This document shows positions 32,169 to 44,000 of a stretch of 64,000 nt of DNA, piece by piece. How positions within the stretch are numbered: position 1 is the stretch's first letter; every line of letters begins with the position of its first letter. The notes beneath the pieces were generated by a model that worked only from the letters and a program-made list of their open reading frames with translations, was not told where the DNA came from and ran no database searches. Both the position numbers and the translations under genes were made by a program. The stretch lies in assembly GCA_009914755.4 (NCBI GenBank), contig CP068257.2, positions 32,864,001 to 32,928,000 of the forward strand, in the 5' to 3' direction. The stretch comes from the human T2T-CHM13v2.0 reference genome, Homo sapiens.

Positions 32169-32262
32169 ATCCATCCATCCATCCATCCATCCATCCATCC
32201 ATCCATCCATCCATCCAACTTTCCATCTACCCATCTGTCCTTCCATCTATCCAATCCACTTG
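32169..32262. repeat. (CCAT)n / (TCCA)n tetranucleotide microsatellite: about 12 perfect units followed by a degenerate extension
   Basis: ccatccatccatccatccatccatccatccatccatccatccatccaactttccatctacccatctgtccttccatctatccaatcc. This explains the [15 protein letters not shown] 32144..32353, which is not a gene. Confidence 0.95.
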
Positions 32263-32517
32263 CGTGTTGAACGTCTACTATGAGCCATTGGCTACCAGGA
32301 ATCCCACTTCCACCCAAATTATGTTTCAACAGGCAAGACAAACAATTTAACAATTACGATAAAAAAGAAAATATGCCATACAATGGAAAAGAAGGGGGCA
32401 TGATGGGAGACCCAGCGGGAGTAGCTGGCAACGATTCTTAGGGGGAAGAGACATTCCTAATAGACACCTGCAGGAGAAATATTAAAGAGTCAATCATTTC
32501 AGTAGCGCTTATTGTGA

Positions 32518-32805
32518 CCAATAATGCAAGAAGTTTCTGGGTTCCCAGGCTGATGGGTTTGAAAGTCACTGCATCATGAATGTGCCCAGGACCCACACGT
32601 TGTTTTGTAAGAGAGGGGTTCAGTAAAATGTGAAATGACCGACATTCAACAGGCAGAACTGTGCAGAATGCACGCTTTGCCACTGATTGAAAGTGTTTCT
32701 TCAGTAGGTTTTGATAGAATATATTACTAATCTGGTAAGAAACAGCTTAGGGCCACTCAAGAAAAGAAAAGCAGCCCCTAGAAACATGTTCTGTGGCTGG
32801 GCACA
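32518..32805. repeat. Left arm of an imperfect inverted repeat of about 285 bp, roughly 85-90% identical to the reverse complement of 33848-34128
   Basis: The reverse complement of 32518-32759 (ggccctaagctgtttcttaccagattagtaatatattctatcaaaacctactgaagaaacactttcaatcagtggcaaagcgtgcattctgcacagttctgcctgttgaatgtcggtcatttcacattttactgaacccctctcttacaaaacaacgtgtgggtcctgggcacattcatgatgcagtgactttcaaacccatcagcctgggaacccagaaacttcttgcattattggt) aligns almost base-for-base with 33892-34128. A weaker match extends about 45 bp further inward. Confidence 0.85.
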
Positions 32806-33847
32806 GAGGTAGCTGCTGGAATTTGAACAGGGGTGAGCAGGACCTCGTGGACCTCATTGAGGGGTTAGCAGGGCTGGGCTGGGACAATGAGATCATTTTC
32901 TAGGCAGAGAAAAGACAACATGGTAAGTTAAAAACACTGAAAAGTCTGCGCTGCCAGAGTACAAATGTCAGCCAGGAGGGCCCTGACACTCTTGAAAGAG
33001 GGATTTGAGCAGTGGCCACTGCATCTACTTGGCACTCGTTCGCTGTGTAGAAGGGTCACCGAGTCCCTCATCAGAATCCTGAAAGAAGGAGAAACGGTGG
33101 GCACAGGCAGCACACCTCAATCACTTGTGAATAATTTCCTTCTGTCTTTCATAAACATAGCTATGATTGAAATGACCTTTCACGAACAGCAGGGAAGGAT
33201 TGTGGAAGAAAATGAGGTATGTGAGAAGCAAATCCATCTACCTGATTGCCATGTAACTTTCGGTGAGTCACGGAGTGAGAATTTCAGATGTGAATTAAGG
33301 ATTGCCAAGAGTGGTGATATACTTGAAAAGTTTCCTCCACGTTCTACTCCCTGTTCTACTTTAGAATCAGGAGGCCAGAGAGGCAGGAGGGAAGAGTACT
33401 TGTTATTCATAGTGGACCTTCTTCCTGAATAATTTTTAGGGTAATTATGTATGCAGCTTCCACCTGAGTCACTGACCTTTGGGTGAATGTTACTGGATAT
33501 GTACCTATGATACCCAGGCAAACTTTCTGCGGGTTCTACGGGCACTGTGAAGTGTGACAGACTTTGGCTGCGCGTTCACTTTTGATCATAACACGTCCAT
33601 AGAGTGCTTTTAATCTCCTGCAACTTAACATATGAGAAAATCGATTTATTTTGTAGTGAGTTCTGCACATTTCACAGAAAATTAAAGCTCTCTGAAAACC
33701 CAAATCTTCTGTGGGCAGTAATTCACACACAATATTCTGGAAATGTAAAATCCTAAATGCCTGCTGACTTCAAATCAATGTTTATAGCTTGTGTCTGAAT
33801 AGCTGCATGAATTGCTCCGCTCCTCTCCTTCTACTGCCCTTCGCTTT

Positions 33848-34128
33848 GATTTAGCCACTCATTTCCAGGGGCTGATTTTCTTTTTTTGCATGGCCCTAAG
33901 CTGTTTCCCATCAGATTAGTAACATATTCTATCAAAGCCTATTGAAGAAACACTTTCAATCAATGGCAAAGTGTGCATCCTGCATGATGCTGCCTGTTGA
34001 ATGTCGGTTGTTTCACATTTGACTGAACCCCTCTCCTACAAAGCAATGTGTGGGTCCTGGGCACATTCATGATTCAATTACTTTCAGGCCCATCAGCCTG
34101 GGAACCAGAAACTTTGTGCATTATTGGT
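33848..34128. repeat. Right arm of the ~285-bp inverted repeat (partner of 32518-32805); the spacer between arms is about 1.04 kb
   Basis: ggccctaagctgtttcccatcagattagtaacatattctatcaaagcctattgaagaaacactttcaatcaatggcaaagtgtgcatcctgcatgatgctgcctgttgaatgtcggttgtttcacatttgactgaacccctctcctacaaagcaatgtgtgggtcctgggcacattcatgattcaattactttcaggcccatcagcctgggaaccagaaactttgtgcattattggt. Confidence 0.85.
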
Positions 34129-35024
34129 TTTACAATTTCAGCTGAGGCTTCCACAGAACAACTCAGAAGAAATAGGCTGTCCTGAGTGAGCCTTTTCCTT
34201 GACTTGTATTTTCTATTCTAAGGTCTATTGGCTTCACTGGCAGTGGGACCACTGACTTTTTCCCTCCTTTATCTAAGGGGACCTGTTGAGAGTCTCTATT
34301 TGGAAATATTTCCTGCCTGTCCTTAGTGGGGGTCAATGCCTGAATCTGTCCAATAATCAGATTTGACCAACTTGGTGGAAGTGTGGATTTTCCAGCACGA
34401 TTAAACCTTGAACATATATGGCTTGAAAATGTGCAAATACTCTTGGAAATGACAGGATCATGGTTCTCAAGAAAGAGAAAAAAAAGTAGCATGTGAATTT
34501 TCACAGATAAACGCCTAATGCTAATGTTGATCAGGATTAATGTCATTTCCTAGATTTCAGCAAATAAACACTGGGTTACTTAGGCCTTTGTGGGCTTCCC
34601 AGGAAGGTCACCACCATTTGAAATGAGACTTTCAGGGAAAAAGCTGCCAGAGATTAAACAGAAGGCTTACAGATGCATCTTCTGAAGATAACTTAGTATC
34701 TTCCATGGACATCTTTTCTAATAGAAAAGAAAGCTCTTCAAATGACCAAAACCATTGCTGTTTTGTGGAGGTGCTGGTGAACAGGGGTTTCATCACAGTA
34801 GCATCTACCTGTACAAACGAAATACTCGAAGTTCTGATTTCAGTTTTATCCATTTTCTTCTTTTGCAAGTGATGCATTCTTAGTGTGGTGGACTCTCCAT
34901 GAACCACAGCACAGAATTAGGAGTTTCTAAGCTCAAATTGACAAAGGATGTCTCCTTCTGAATTTAAAATGTTTAAAAAGGTTTAAAAGCCTTTTAAACT
35001 GCAGAATTTAGAAGGTTCACAGAT

Positions 35025-36648
35025 TTATTCTAGAAATAAAATGACAACTTTTCTGTAAGGAGCATACTGTGCCCATTTATTATAGAATGCAGTTAAAAAA
35101 AATATTTTGAGGTTAGCCTCTCCAGTTTAAAAGCACTTAACAAGAAACACTTGGACAGCGATGCAATGGTCTCTCCCAAACCGGCTCCCTCTTACCAAGT
35201 ACCGTAAACAGGGTTTGAGAACGTTCAATCAATTTCTTGATATGAACAATCAAAGCATTTAATGCAAACATATTTGCTTCTCAAAGAATAAAACCATCTT
35301 CCAAATTTCCAAAGCATGCATTGTTACTTGGCATTAAGTATTTCAAAATGACAAACATTGTTACGGTATTCTAAGGCCAAAATATAATACCTATTTACCA
35401 GACATACACATTACAACTAGAAAAAAATTACAAATGTTAACCTAGTATAACAATTCCATCAGGAATGAATGGGGAAAGGCACTGCATCCCTCTCATATCG
35501 CCACAGATCTACTATCCACTTGACATGCTTTGAATTCAAGTCCTGTTAGACATGGGAACAGCTTTTCCTACAACATATGATTCACAGGTAGGTTAATACA
35601 TCTTAGTCTCCCACTGCCATACTTTTCACCCAAGTGTACAACAGGTATGAATATATGCTATCAGCTTTATTTACAAGTGTATCTTGATGTCTTCGTGGGG
35701 TAAAAGAACCAACTATCTCAACCAACAGTTTCCAAAAAAGTTTTTGGCTATGATTCATGTATAGAAACCACCACATAAAAGAAACAACAGAAACTGAGGT
35801 CCGATCCCAAACACCTAAACTAAAATTTCTCACCCACTAAAAGTTGGCAGTGAAACTGCTATTCTCTGAATTGTATAAGCTAAATTCTACAGAGGAATTT
35901 CAGATCAACTTCTTTTGCAAAAGCACAAGTTACACGTTGCACGGTTGGGGATGCTGAGTGAATGCATTCCAGGAAGAGTTCCGCAAGCAAGTGCTGTTGC
36001 AAAGAGTCGAGAATCCGAGAATCTGGGAAAGGTGATACGTTTTCCAAACGCTTTCCTGGCTTCCCAAAAGATGTAAAACAACAACGGTGTAACTTTATAT
36101 ACGAACAAAGGTTAGTCTTGTAAATCAGTAATATACATGCACAAACATGAGAACATGAGGGAAGAAAGGAAACGCTACAATTTCCACATTGCATTGCTGC
36201 TGTTTTCACAACCTCTCTGCACTAGGCGGCTTCCTGTGGTACCTCTTCCTACCAGTAGAGAGTGGCCCCTGCAGGCCACTTAGAAACAGGAAGCTCTCTC
36301 CTGAGCTCACTGATCAACCTGCCCTTGGCACAGACAGAACCTACCAGAAAAGAACAAGTACAAAACACTATCATTATCTGTTTTCTCAAGACAGTCCCAA
36401 ATGTCCTTGTGCGATCACCACAAACTCAGTGATTGGCCCAAGTCATTCCCGGGTGCCATGAACAGTAACTGGTGTGCAGCATTAGAACAAGGGGACACGG
36501 CCTTGATTCTCTTCTGAGCAACATGAACTGGGATTTCTGCCACCCCGATCTCGGCTGCCACCTCCGAAGAAGTCGTGACCAGCCACCTCCACAGTAAAAG
36601 ATTCCTCCCGTGAGTATGATTTGGAATGCGTCCTCGTCGCGTGCCAGT
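35025..36648 (-). other. RCAN1: RCAN1 3'UTR, the non-coding part of the terminal exon 7. The 3' end is placed from minus-strand AATAAA signals at 35044-35049 and 35096-35101; the exact cleavage site is uncertain.
   Basis: It is continuous with the exon-7 CDS, with no splice-site signal in between. The minus-strand sequence reads ...ttctagaataaatctgtgaaccttctaaattctgc, a canonical polyA signal with a downstream U/GU-rich stretch. Terminal-exon length (~1.8 kb) is consistent with a ~2.2-2.7 kb mRNA. The + strand ORF 36610..36825 is only the antisense mirror of exon 7. Confidence 0.7.
35044..35049 (-). terminator. RCAN1: Distal polyadenylation signal AATAAA of RCAN1 (minus strand); a second, proximal AATAAA lies at 35096-35101
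   Basis: Plus-strand tttatt at 35044-35049 is AATAAA on the minus strand. The cleavage site is predicted about 20 nt downstream on the minus strand (~35024). Confidence 0.55.
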
Positions 36649-36846
<198 letters not shown>

Positions 36847-37789
36847 TCACTCAGACAAGTCCTTGGGAGTCAAAAGGCAAACATAAAAGAGCATTCAGGG
36901 CTCTGCTGGGCCAGCTGCTCGTGACCATTCGATTGGGCTGAGAGACACAGCCAGACATATTTTGGGTTTGTATTTCTTTGCTAGCTCATTCAGAAAAAGA
37001 GAGATTTCCATTGTGCATGACTCTGTTTTTAGTCAAACATTCTGGGAGTCCAGGCACATGAGAAGTATAGAAGGAATGCATTTTTCTAGTTATACTTCAC
37101 ATGTCCACCAGATATCTAAACTACCCAGAGAACTCCCTTTCTGTCAGCATTTCCTCAAGTGTGAATGTGAGAAACTTCGGTTCAGGAAAAAGATGGATGA
37201 AGAAACGTATTTGGAAACAGAACCCTGGGCCTCCCTCATGCAGCTCCTATTTGAGGGTCGCAGTGCACGCCCAGGAAGGGCGCCACAGGAGGCCCTGCAG
37301 CAGACGCAGGGGTGGCTGCACGGAGCCAGGTGCTCTGGAAACGTTTTTGACCTGGGCATCTTTTCCTTAGAACAACTTCTAATCCCCGGGACCAGGAGTG
37401 TCCTGCTGTTCTATGTCAGCCTGAGTTCTACCAGGTTGGCCAAGTTCAGGCCACTCTGGTCCAGCAAGGGTGGGGAGAGCTTTCTGCAACTGAAAAACCC
37501 GGCAATGTAGAATGAAGGGACTGGGGCCTCCCGCTGGGGTGCCGCTCTGGCCACGGGAAGAGTGTGCATCTCTGGTGCTCATGAAGGCAGCTCTGAGCCT
37601 GGCTCCTTAGTACCCAGGGCTCATGGGCACTTTATTCTGCTTCCCTGTGCACCTCAGTTCCCTCCTCAGTAAAGGAGACGGTAAAGGTATTGACTTCATG
37701 GAGCTAACAGCATGAGTGAGTGCCCGAGGCAATGAGAACCCGGCTCACCACATGCTTGTCCAGCCCATGTCACCTAGAAAGATGTTTAA

Positions 37790-38260
<471 letters not shown>

Positions 38261-40062
38261 TGTGCTTGGGATTTCTTTGCAGTTCGGGTAAGTGAGGAGG
38301 CACCGCACCAACCACTGTGTGATTTCCGCCCGACAAGAGCGGCCCAGGAGAGCTTCCTACCTCCAGCCACACTGGTTACTCCTCTAAACCTGGAAGGTAC
38401 TTTTACTGATAAGGAAGGTGGTGATCTTTTCTCTATCACATGTGGGACTGGAATGTTATTATAACTGCACTGAAAAAGGCAAAGGAGCTCAGCTCTCTGA
38501 GAGAGAGAATTCAGGCATGGGAGGTCAGATGGATTGCTGAAAATGCTGGTTAAGAGCCTCTTACAAATCTACCTCTTTGCAAGTCTCTTATCTACCTACT
38601 AATCATCGAAAATCCAGAAAGCTCAGGGTTTAGGACCATAATTTGCAAAATCTCCGCAATCCTGTTGGTTGAAAAGCACAGGTGAAATATGAAATCTCAC
38701 TCAAGCTCACTGTTAAGTGAACCAAGGACAAACTGATTTTATTACGTCTATTTCCTAAAAAGCCTTCTCCAATAAGCCCTCGGTGAAGGAAGTGGTATAT
38801 TCTGGAGTATGCAGAATTTTTATTAACAGCATTTGCCTCTGGAACTGTGGACACCTCTTTGCAAGTGGAGACCCTGTTTTCTCCCATTCCTAACCTAGGG
38901 GAAGACTCCACACCCTCAGCCATGCTCATGCCCCCGGGCCAGGAGCTGCTGTGGGGGGAGCACACGCTTCCTCAAAATGGCCATTTCTGATCTTGACCTT
39001 CACGCCACAATTAGCAGTAAGTAATGTGACTCTTGCTTTATCCCACAGAGGGAATTTCCGTTTGGACAATGTTTTCAGAAATGTAATCTTTTCAATATGA
39101 AACTGCTGATGGACCAAGAAAACAAAACCCTCAACCCAAGGGAACATCAGATTGCTGGTCAAGGAGAAATGAGGAGCTGACGGTCTCAGCATTTATTTGA
39201 CTTGCTCCACGGACAGAGCAGGAGAAGGCTCAAACCTCTTCACCCCAAGACTCTCCCTCACACCTGCCTCCTCACCCAAACCCTAGAGGACAGGACAGGA
39301 ACCACCAACATTTTATGGTTTTCAAAAATCCTGCATTGAACACTGACTGTGAGCCAGGTGCTGATGGAAGTGCCTTTCACTCGATGATCTCATCTATTGC
39401 TCACAATTCCACCAGTTAAGGCCCACATTTTGGACAAAGAGCCTGAGGAACCTACCCCCTCCCCGCAGTGCTCACACTTTTGTCCCTCCAGAGGACGGGA
39501 ACTTCCTCTTTCTTTAGCAAGCTCTGTAGGGGACCAGCCCACAGGCCCTGGGGTAGGGCAGCCCGACCGCGGCCCTTCCCTCACCATGGCCTATGGTTCT
39601 CCTTCCCTTTTCCTTTAAGAAGGCCAGGTGAGAATCACAGGAAAGGGAGAATTTATTTTGATTAAAAATAACATTTCTTAAAGGGGGCATCGATTTTCCC
39701 TTTCCAAAGTCCAATCACTCATCCCTATCCGGAGCGACAGAACCTGGGGCCGGGGCTCAGGCCTCCCACGCAGGCTGTGCTCAGTGGACACAGGAATGGA
39801 TTCCTGGGACACTGCGGGGGGTGGAGGGGCGTGATGCAGGGTCCCCACGATCAGCCGCAGTCTCTCTAACACTGCAGGTGGTGCCAAGAGGCAGGCATGC
39901 TCCCAGCACAAGGGACGGTGGCGCAGAAGAATACAGAGAAGCTCACAAAACATGCCGGCATGGGCTCAGGAGAGCTACGGGGGTAGTGGTGGTACTGCTC
40001 CCCGGTGCAGGGCAGCAGCTGTGTCTCCCCCTGCCTCCCTCCCACCCGAGGGCCCTGCTCAC

Positions 40063-40222
40063 CTGGCCCCAGCTTGGAGATGGCATATAAGAGATCATAG
40101 TTTATGACTGGGGTCGCATCTTCCACTTGTTTCCATCCCACTGGCGGAGAGGCGGGAGGGGAGATCAGAAACTGCTTGTCTGGATTTGGCGGAGCCAGGT
40201 GTGAGCTTCCTATGTGTAAGGT
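40063..40222 (-). CDS. RCAN1: RCAN1 exon 6 (160 nt; [54 protein letters not shown] plus the first base of the E codon)
   Basis: The minus-strand track ORF 39866..40243 contains [55 protein letters not shown]. The acceptor ...cttattttctctcctcag|ACC sits at 40222 and the donor CCAG|gtgagcaggg at 40063. The phase joins exon 5 (..FAQ|TLH..) and exon 7 (G|GG GAA). This is the calcipressin family signature (FLISPPxSPP). Confidence 0.93.
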
Positions 40223-41267
40223 CTGAGGAGAGAAAATAAGCACAGGTCAGTTGTTGCCAGGGAAGAACTGCAGTGAGGCAACAGCACCTAACGCCAGTTC
40301 CGGGAGATGGGCAGGTCAATGTCCAGGCGTCAGGACAGGTGTGATTCCAGGACCAATTGTAAGATGGTCTGTAATGGGGAGGGCAAAAGGACACATGAAC
40401 TCTGGTTGTGGCACAGATAGGATGACAGCCCCCTCCCAGGGCTATGGGAGTCACAGGCACAGGGACTGCAAATAATTACGCTTGACCTAGATAGACAGAA
40501 AATCAGCAGAGGTGACTTTAGTATATATGGAAATTTAAGTCACTGTCATTGAGGTCAGGAGGGCTCTTGGAATCAGTCTCTCCCCGCTCCTCATACCACA
40601 GAGGCAAGCTCTGAAAGTCCAAAGCCTAGGCCACAGTTCTGAGAGGACACAGCTTCTCAGGGACAGGGAGCCAGGGCTCCACCTGCCCCTAGGGTTCCCC
40701 ACCCAGCAGCAGCTCTGCACCTCCCTCTCCGGGACTCTGGATCAGATGCCAGAAAAAAAAAAAAAAGCCACTTCCCAGGAGACTTTAAGAAATAAGAATA
40801 AGGAACAATAACCTACGATCCTAGTTTGGTTTTAGAAATGCTGACCAGTGATGAGAGGGCTGTCCATAGAGCTCTTACATCTCAAGCTGCGCGGTGTAGG
40901 TTTTCTCTGCACTTCCAGATTGCCCTCCCCAAGTTTTCACAATGAATATGCATTGTTTTACAAACAGAAAAGGTCAGAGGAGTACTAAGTAATTATTTGC
41001 ATAAAATCTTATCCCGTGCAGAAAGGAGTGTACTCACACAGGAAGGCCTAGGCACCCAAGGTCAAAGCTCAGCCTGTGCCTCCCAGGGCAAAAAGGTCAG
41101 GGGTGGGGCGGGGATCCCAAATGCTTTATTTATTCTTGAAGGGCCCAGCAAGTTCGCTGTCCTCACTTTGAGGAAGAAAAGACACTTTGGCTCTCTGGCG
41201 TGGTGTCAGATGAGCTTCCTCCCACTGGGGGAGGCCTTTGGACAGGGTCCTCTCCCATCCCAGCAAG

Positions 41268-41312
41268 GTATGTGTGTATGTGTGTGTGTGGTGGGGGCGG
41301 GTTGGGGGGGTG
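41268..41312 (+). repeat. (GT)n microsatellite followed by a G-run cluster (potential G-quadruplex / Z-DNA motif) in RCAN1 intron 5
   Basis: ggtatgtgtgtatgtgtgtgtgtggtgggggcgggttgggggggtgctc. Confidence 0.8.
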
Positions 41313-42046
41313 CTCAGAGCCTGAGGGGGACTTGCTTTACTGAGGAGCTGGCTGCATTCTAGAAGCTCCTCTCTTCTTCCCTGACAATCTGTCAGCCCCT
41401 AAGGACATCAAATGGAACTCTGGGAGCTGCCTTGAAGGTGGGTCACCTGTCCTAAGTTCCCCAGAGGAGGGTCAAAATGGTAGTGGGCAGGAGAAAAGGC
41501 AAGCCCAACCCCAGCTACCCCTCTCCCTGCCGTGGGTGCCCTGGGGCTGGGAACCCTGCCAACCAGAGGGTTTCTTAGCATCTGCGCCCAGTCTGGTTAT
41601 CCCCTATTTTCCTTTCAAGCCAGACCTGGCAGTCCTGGGCTGATTTGCAGGCATCTTCTGCAGACTCCTGTTTCTCTGCTGAGTACCCCCAGCACCACAT
41701 GAGCAGGGAACCACTCTGGTCTGCTCAGTCTAGAGTGGGTCATGAGCTCCAACCCTTGAGCAAATTCATGGAAACCTGCTGCGCAAACCTTAGGGTGTTT
41801 GCATAGCCACGCCTACCCCGCTGCACCCTGCAAGCTCCCCAGTGAACAGGGAAGGCTTTCTTTCCCCCATCATTATCAACCCAGGAAGGTCAGGGGCGAT
41901 GTCTGAGGTTGCTTTCAAATGCACCTTGATATCTTCTTAAAACAAGTGAGACGCTGAACATTCAGAGTAGGAATTTTGTCTTTCTCAAGGTGAAGTCTCA
42001 GAGTTTCCGGTCAGCATATAACATAAGCAACGTATAAGCTGCTTTA

Positions 42047-42310
<264 letters not shown>

Positions 42311-42339
42311 TTACCTGCATATGACCCTTGACTAGATGA

Positions 42340-42660
<321 letters not shown>

Positions 42661-43499
42661 TGAGGAAGTGGATCATCAATCCTTTCAAGAACTCCTAACT
42701 TCTTTCTTAGAGAAAAGCCTTTCCCCTCTTAGGGGACTATGGCCTTTAGTCCCAATGCAGGTGATTTTACAAGAAGGTAAGAAGGTATGATTTATTACAT
42801 TCATCGAATCAGCAGAACAGTTGCCAATACATAGACACTACTTACGGTAACAAACTTTTTTAAAAAGTAGAATGAGCATTTTCCAGGGAGGTACAGTTTG
42901 GTAATTTGCTCCCCATGTTTCTCTGTCCTATGGCCTTCCCCCACTCACCCCCCCTTTTTTCTCTGTCCTATAGCCTTCCCCGGCTAGCCAACTCCAACCC
43001 CACCGTTCAGCTCAGGGCAGTGTTGCATATATCAAAGATTTCTTTAAGGCTTAAAAGAACTGCAGCTAATTTGAAAAAAAGAAATACTGACTTGAAAAAT
43101 AACAAAGTTGGTAGAAAGTTTTGCATTTCTTAAAATAAGTAGTTTTTAAAAATTTCCACGATCGCTTTTATCTCAGTCTGTTACTTTTTAACTCTCTAAA
43201 ATGATACTGGTTTAAAAATTAATGTTCTGCAAATGGACCATTTTCTGCATCCTGGCTTTCGTGTCTGTGCACACCTCGCTCTGGTGCCATAGGGCTAGTG
43301 AGAATTAGGAGATGTCCTGAGCTCTTAGAATGCAAAGCTCGAGGTGGGGGATTACAAGCTTAGGTTGCTCAGGGGACAGCCCCCTAGGCTGGGTCCTGGA
43401 GTGTGGCTGTCGGTGGGGGCAGCTGGGGGCCACTGCAACTCCTCAGAGAGGGAGTTTAACTGGTGGACAGTCAAAGCTCCAAGGAAGACTGCATGGGCT

Positions 43500-44000
43500 T
43501 CTAGTCGCCGGGTTTTGTGAATCTTTTTACCAGGCAAAAACACTTAGGACAGTTTGTGGGAGCCCGTGTGAAAGGCAGAAGGGGCTGGCCAGGAAGAAGG
43601 GGATGGCGCAGGGTGTGGATGGTAGGCAGCGCGGACAGAGCTCACTGAGGACCTTGGAGAACCTATGGAAGGCGCAGTGTCTCTGCAGTGGGAGCGAGGA
43701 TTCAGGATAAGAGAGGAGAGTGTCTTCAGGAATGTTCACTGCTAGCAAGCGCGGGGAGGCACTGGTGGATGCCTGCTCCACATGGGGCTGCGGGTAGGAG
43801 CAGGGTAGTCGGTCCCTGCCAGGCAGGTCGTTAAGGAGCAGTCGGAACAACCTACGACCTTGCTCTCCTTGCATTCCCCGGCTTTTCTTCAGTTTAGGGA
43901 CATTTCTGAGACTTTCCCACGAGGGATCCCGCAGAGGCACGTGCGAAGGAACGCGGAGCTGGCGGACGGTAGAGTTCATCTGGCCGCCTCTCACTCTTTT
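43500..44000. promoter_or_regulatory. CpG-enriched GC-rich patch in RCAN1 intron 4: about 27 CpGs in ~520 bp, GC ~54%, CpG obs/exp ~0.7. Candidate intragenic CpG island or regulatory element.
   Basis: CpGs counted directly: gtcgccgg, ggcgcagg, cagcgcggacag, ggcgcag, agcgagg, caagcgcgggg, ctgcgggt, gtcggtcc, gtcgtta, gtcggaac, ctacgacc, ccccggc, ccacgaggg, cccgcagaggcacgtgcgaaggaacgcggagctggcggacggt, ggccgcc, cacgggc. The flanks are CpG-poor. An E-box CACGTG lies at ~43938. Confidence 0.4.

Noticed and set aside
32144-32353. ORF encoding [16 protein letters not shown] that looks like a repeat protein, and an array that could superficially resemble CRISPR-like periodicity
   Set aside because: It is a (CCAT)n 4-bp microsatellite, with no spacers and no 25-40 bp repeat unit, so it is neither a CRISPR array nor a coding repeat.
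32965-33432. 155-aa + strand ORF located in the spacer between the inverted-repeat arms, a tempting transposase-like position
   Set aside because: It has no DDE/transposase, integrase or other recognisable motifs. It is rich in a mix of residues with no conserved pattern and has a non-canonical context. At 465 nt it is far too short for an autonomous DNA-transposon ORF. It is treated as chance.
36962-37510. 182-aa + strand ORF in RCAN1 intron 6
   Set aside because: It starts with a non-ATG (TTG) codon called by the ORF finder, lies antisense within an intron of a well-annotated gene, and has no recognisable motif. It is consistent with a chance ORF.
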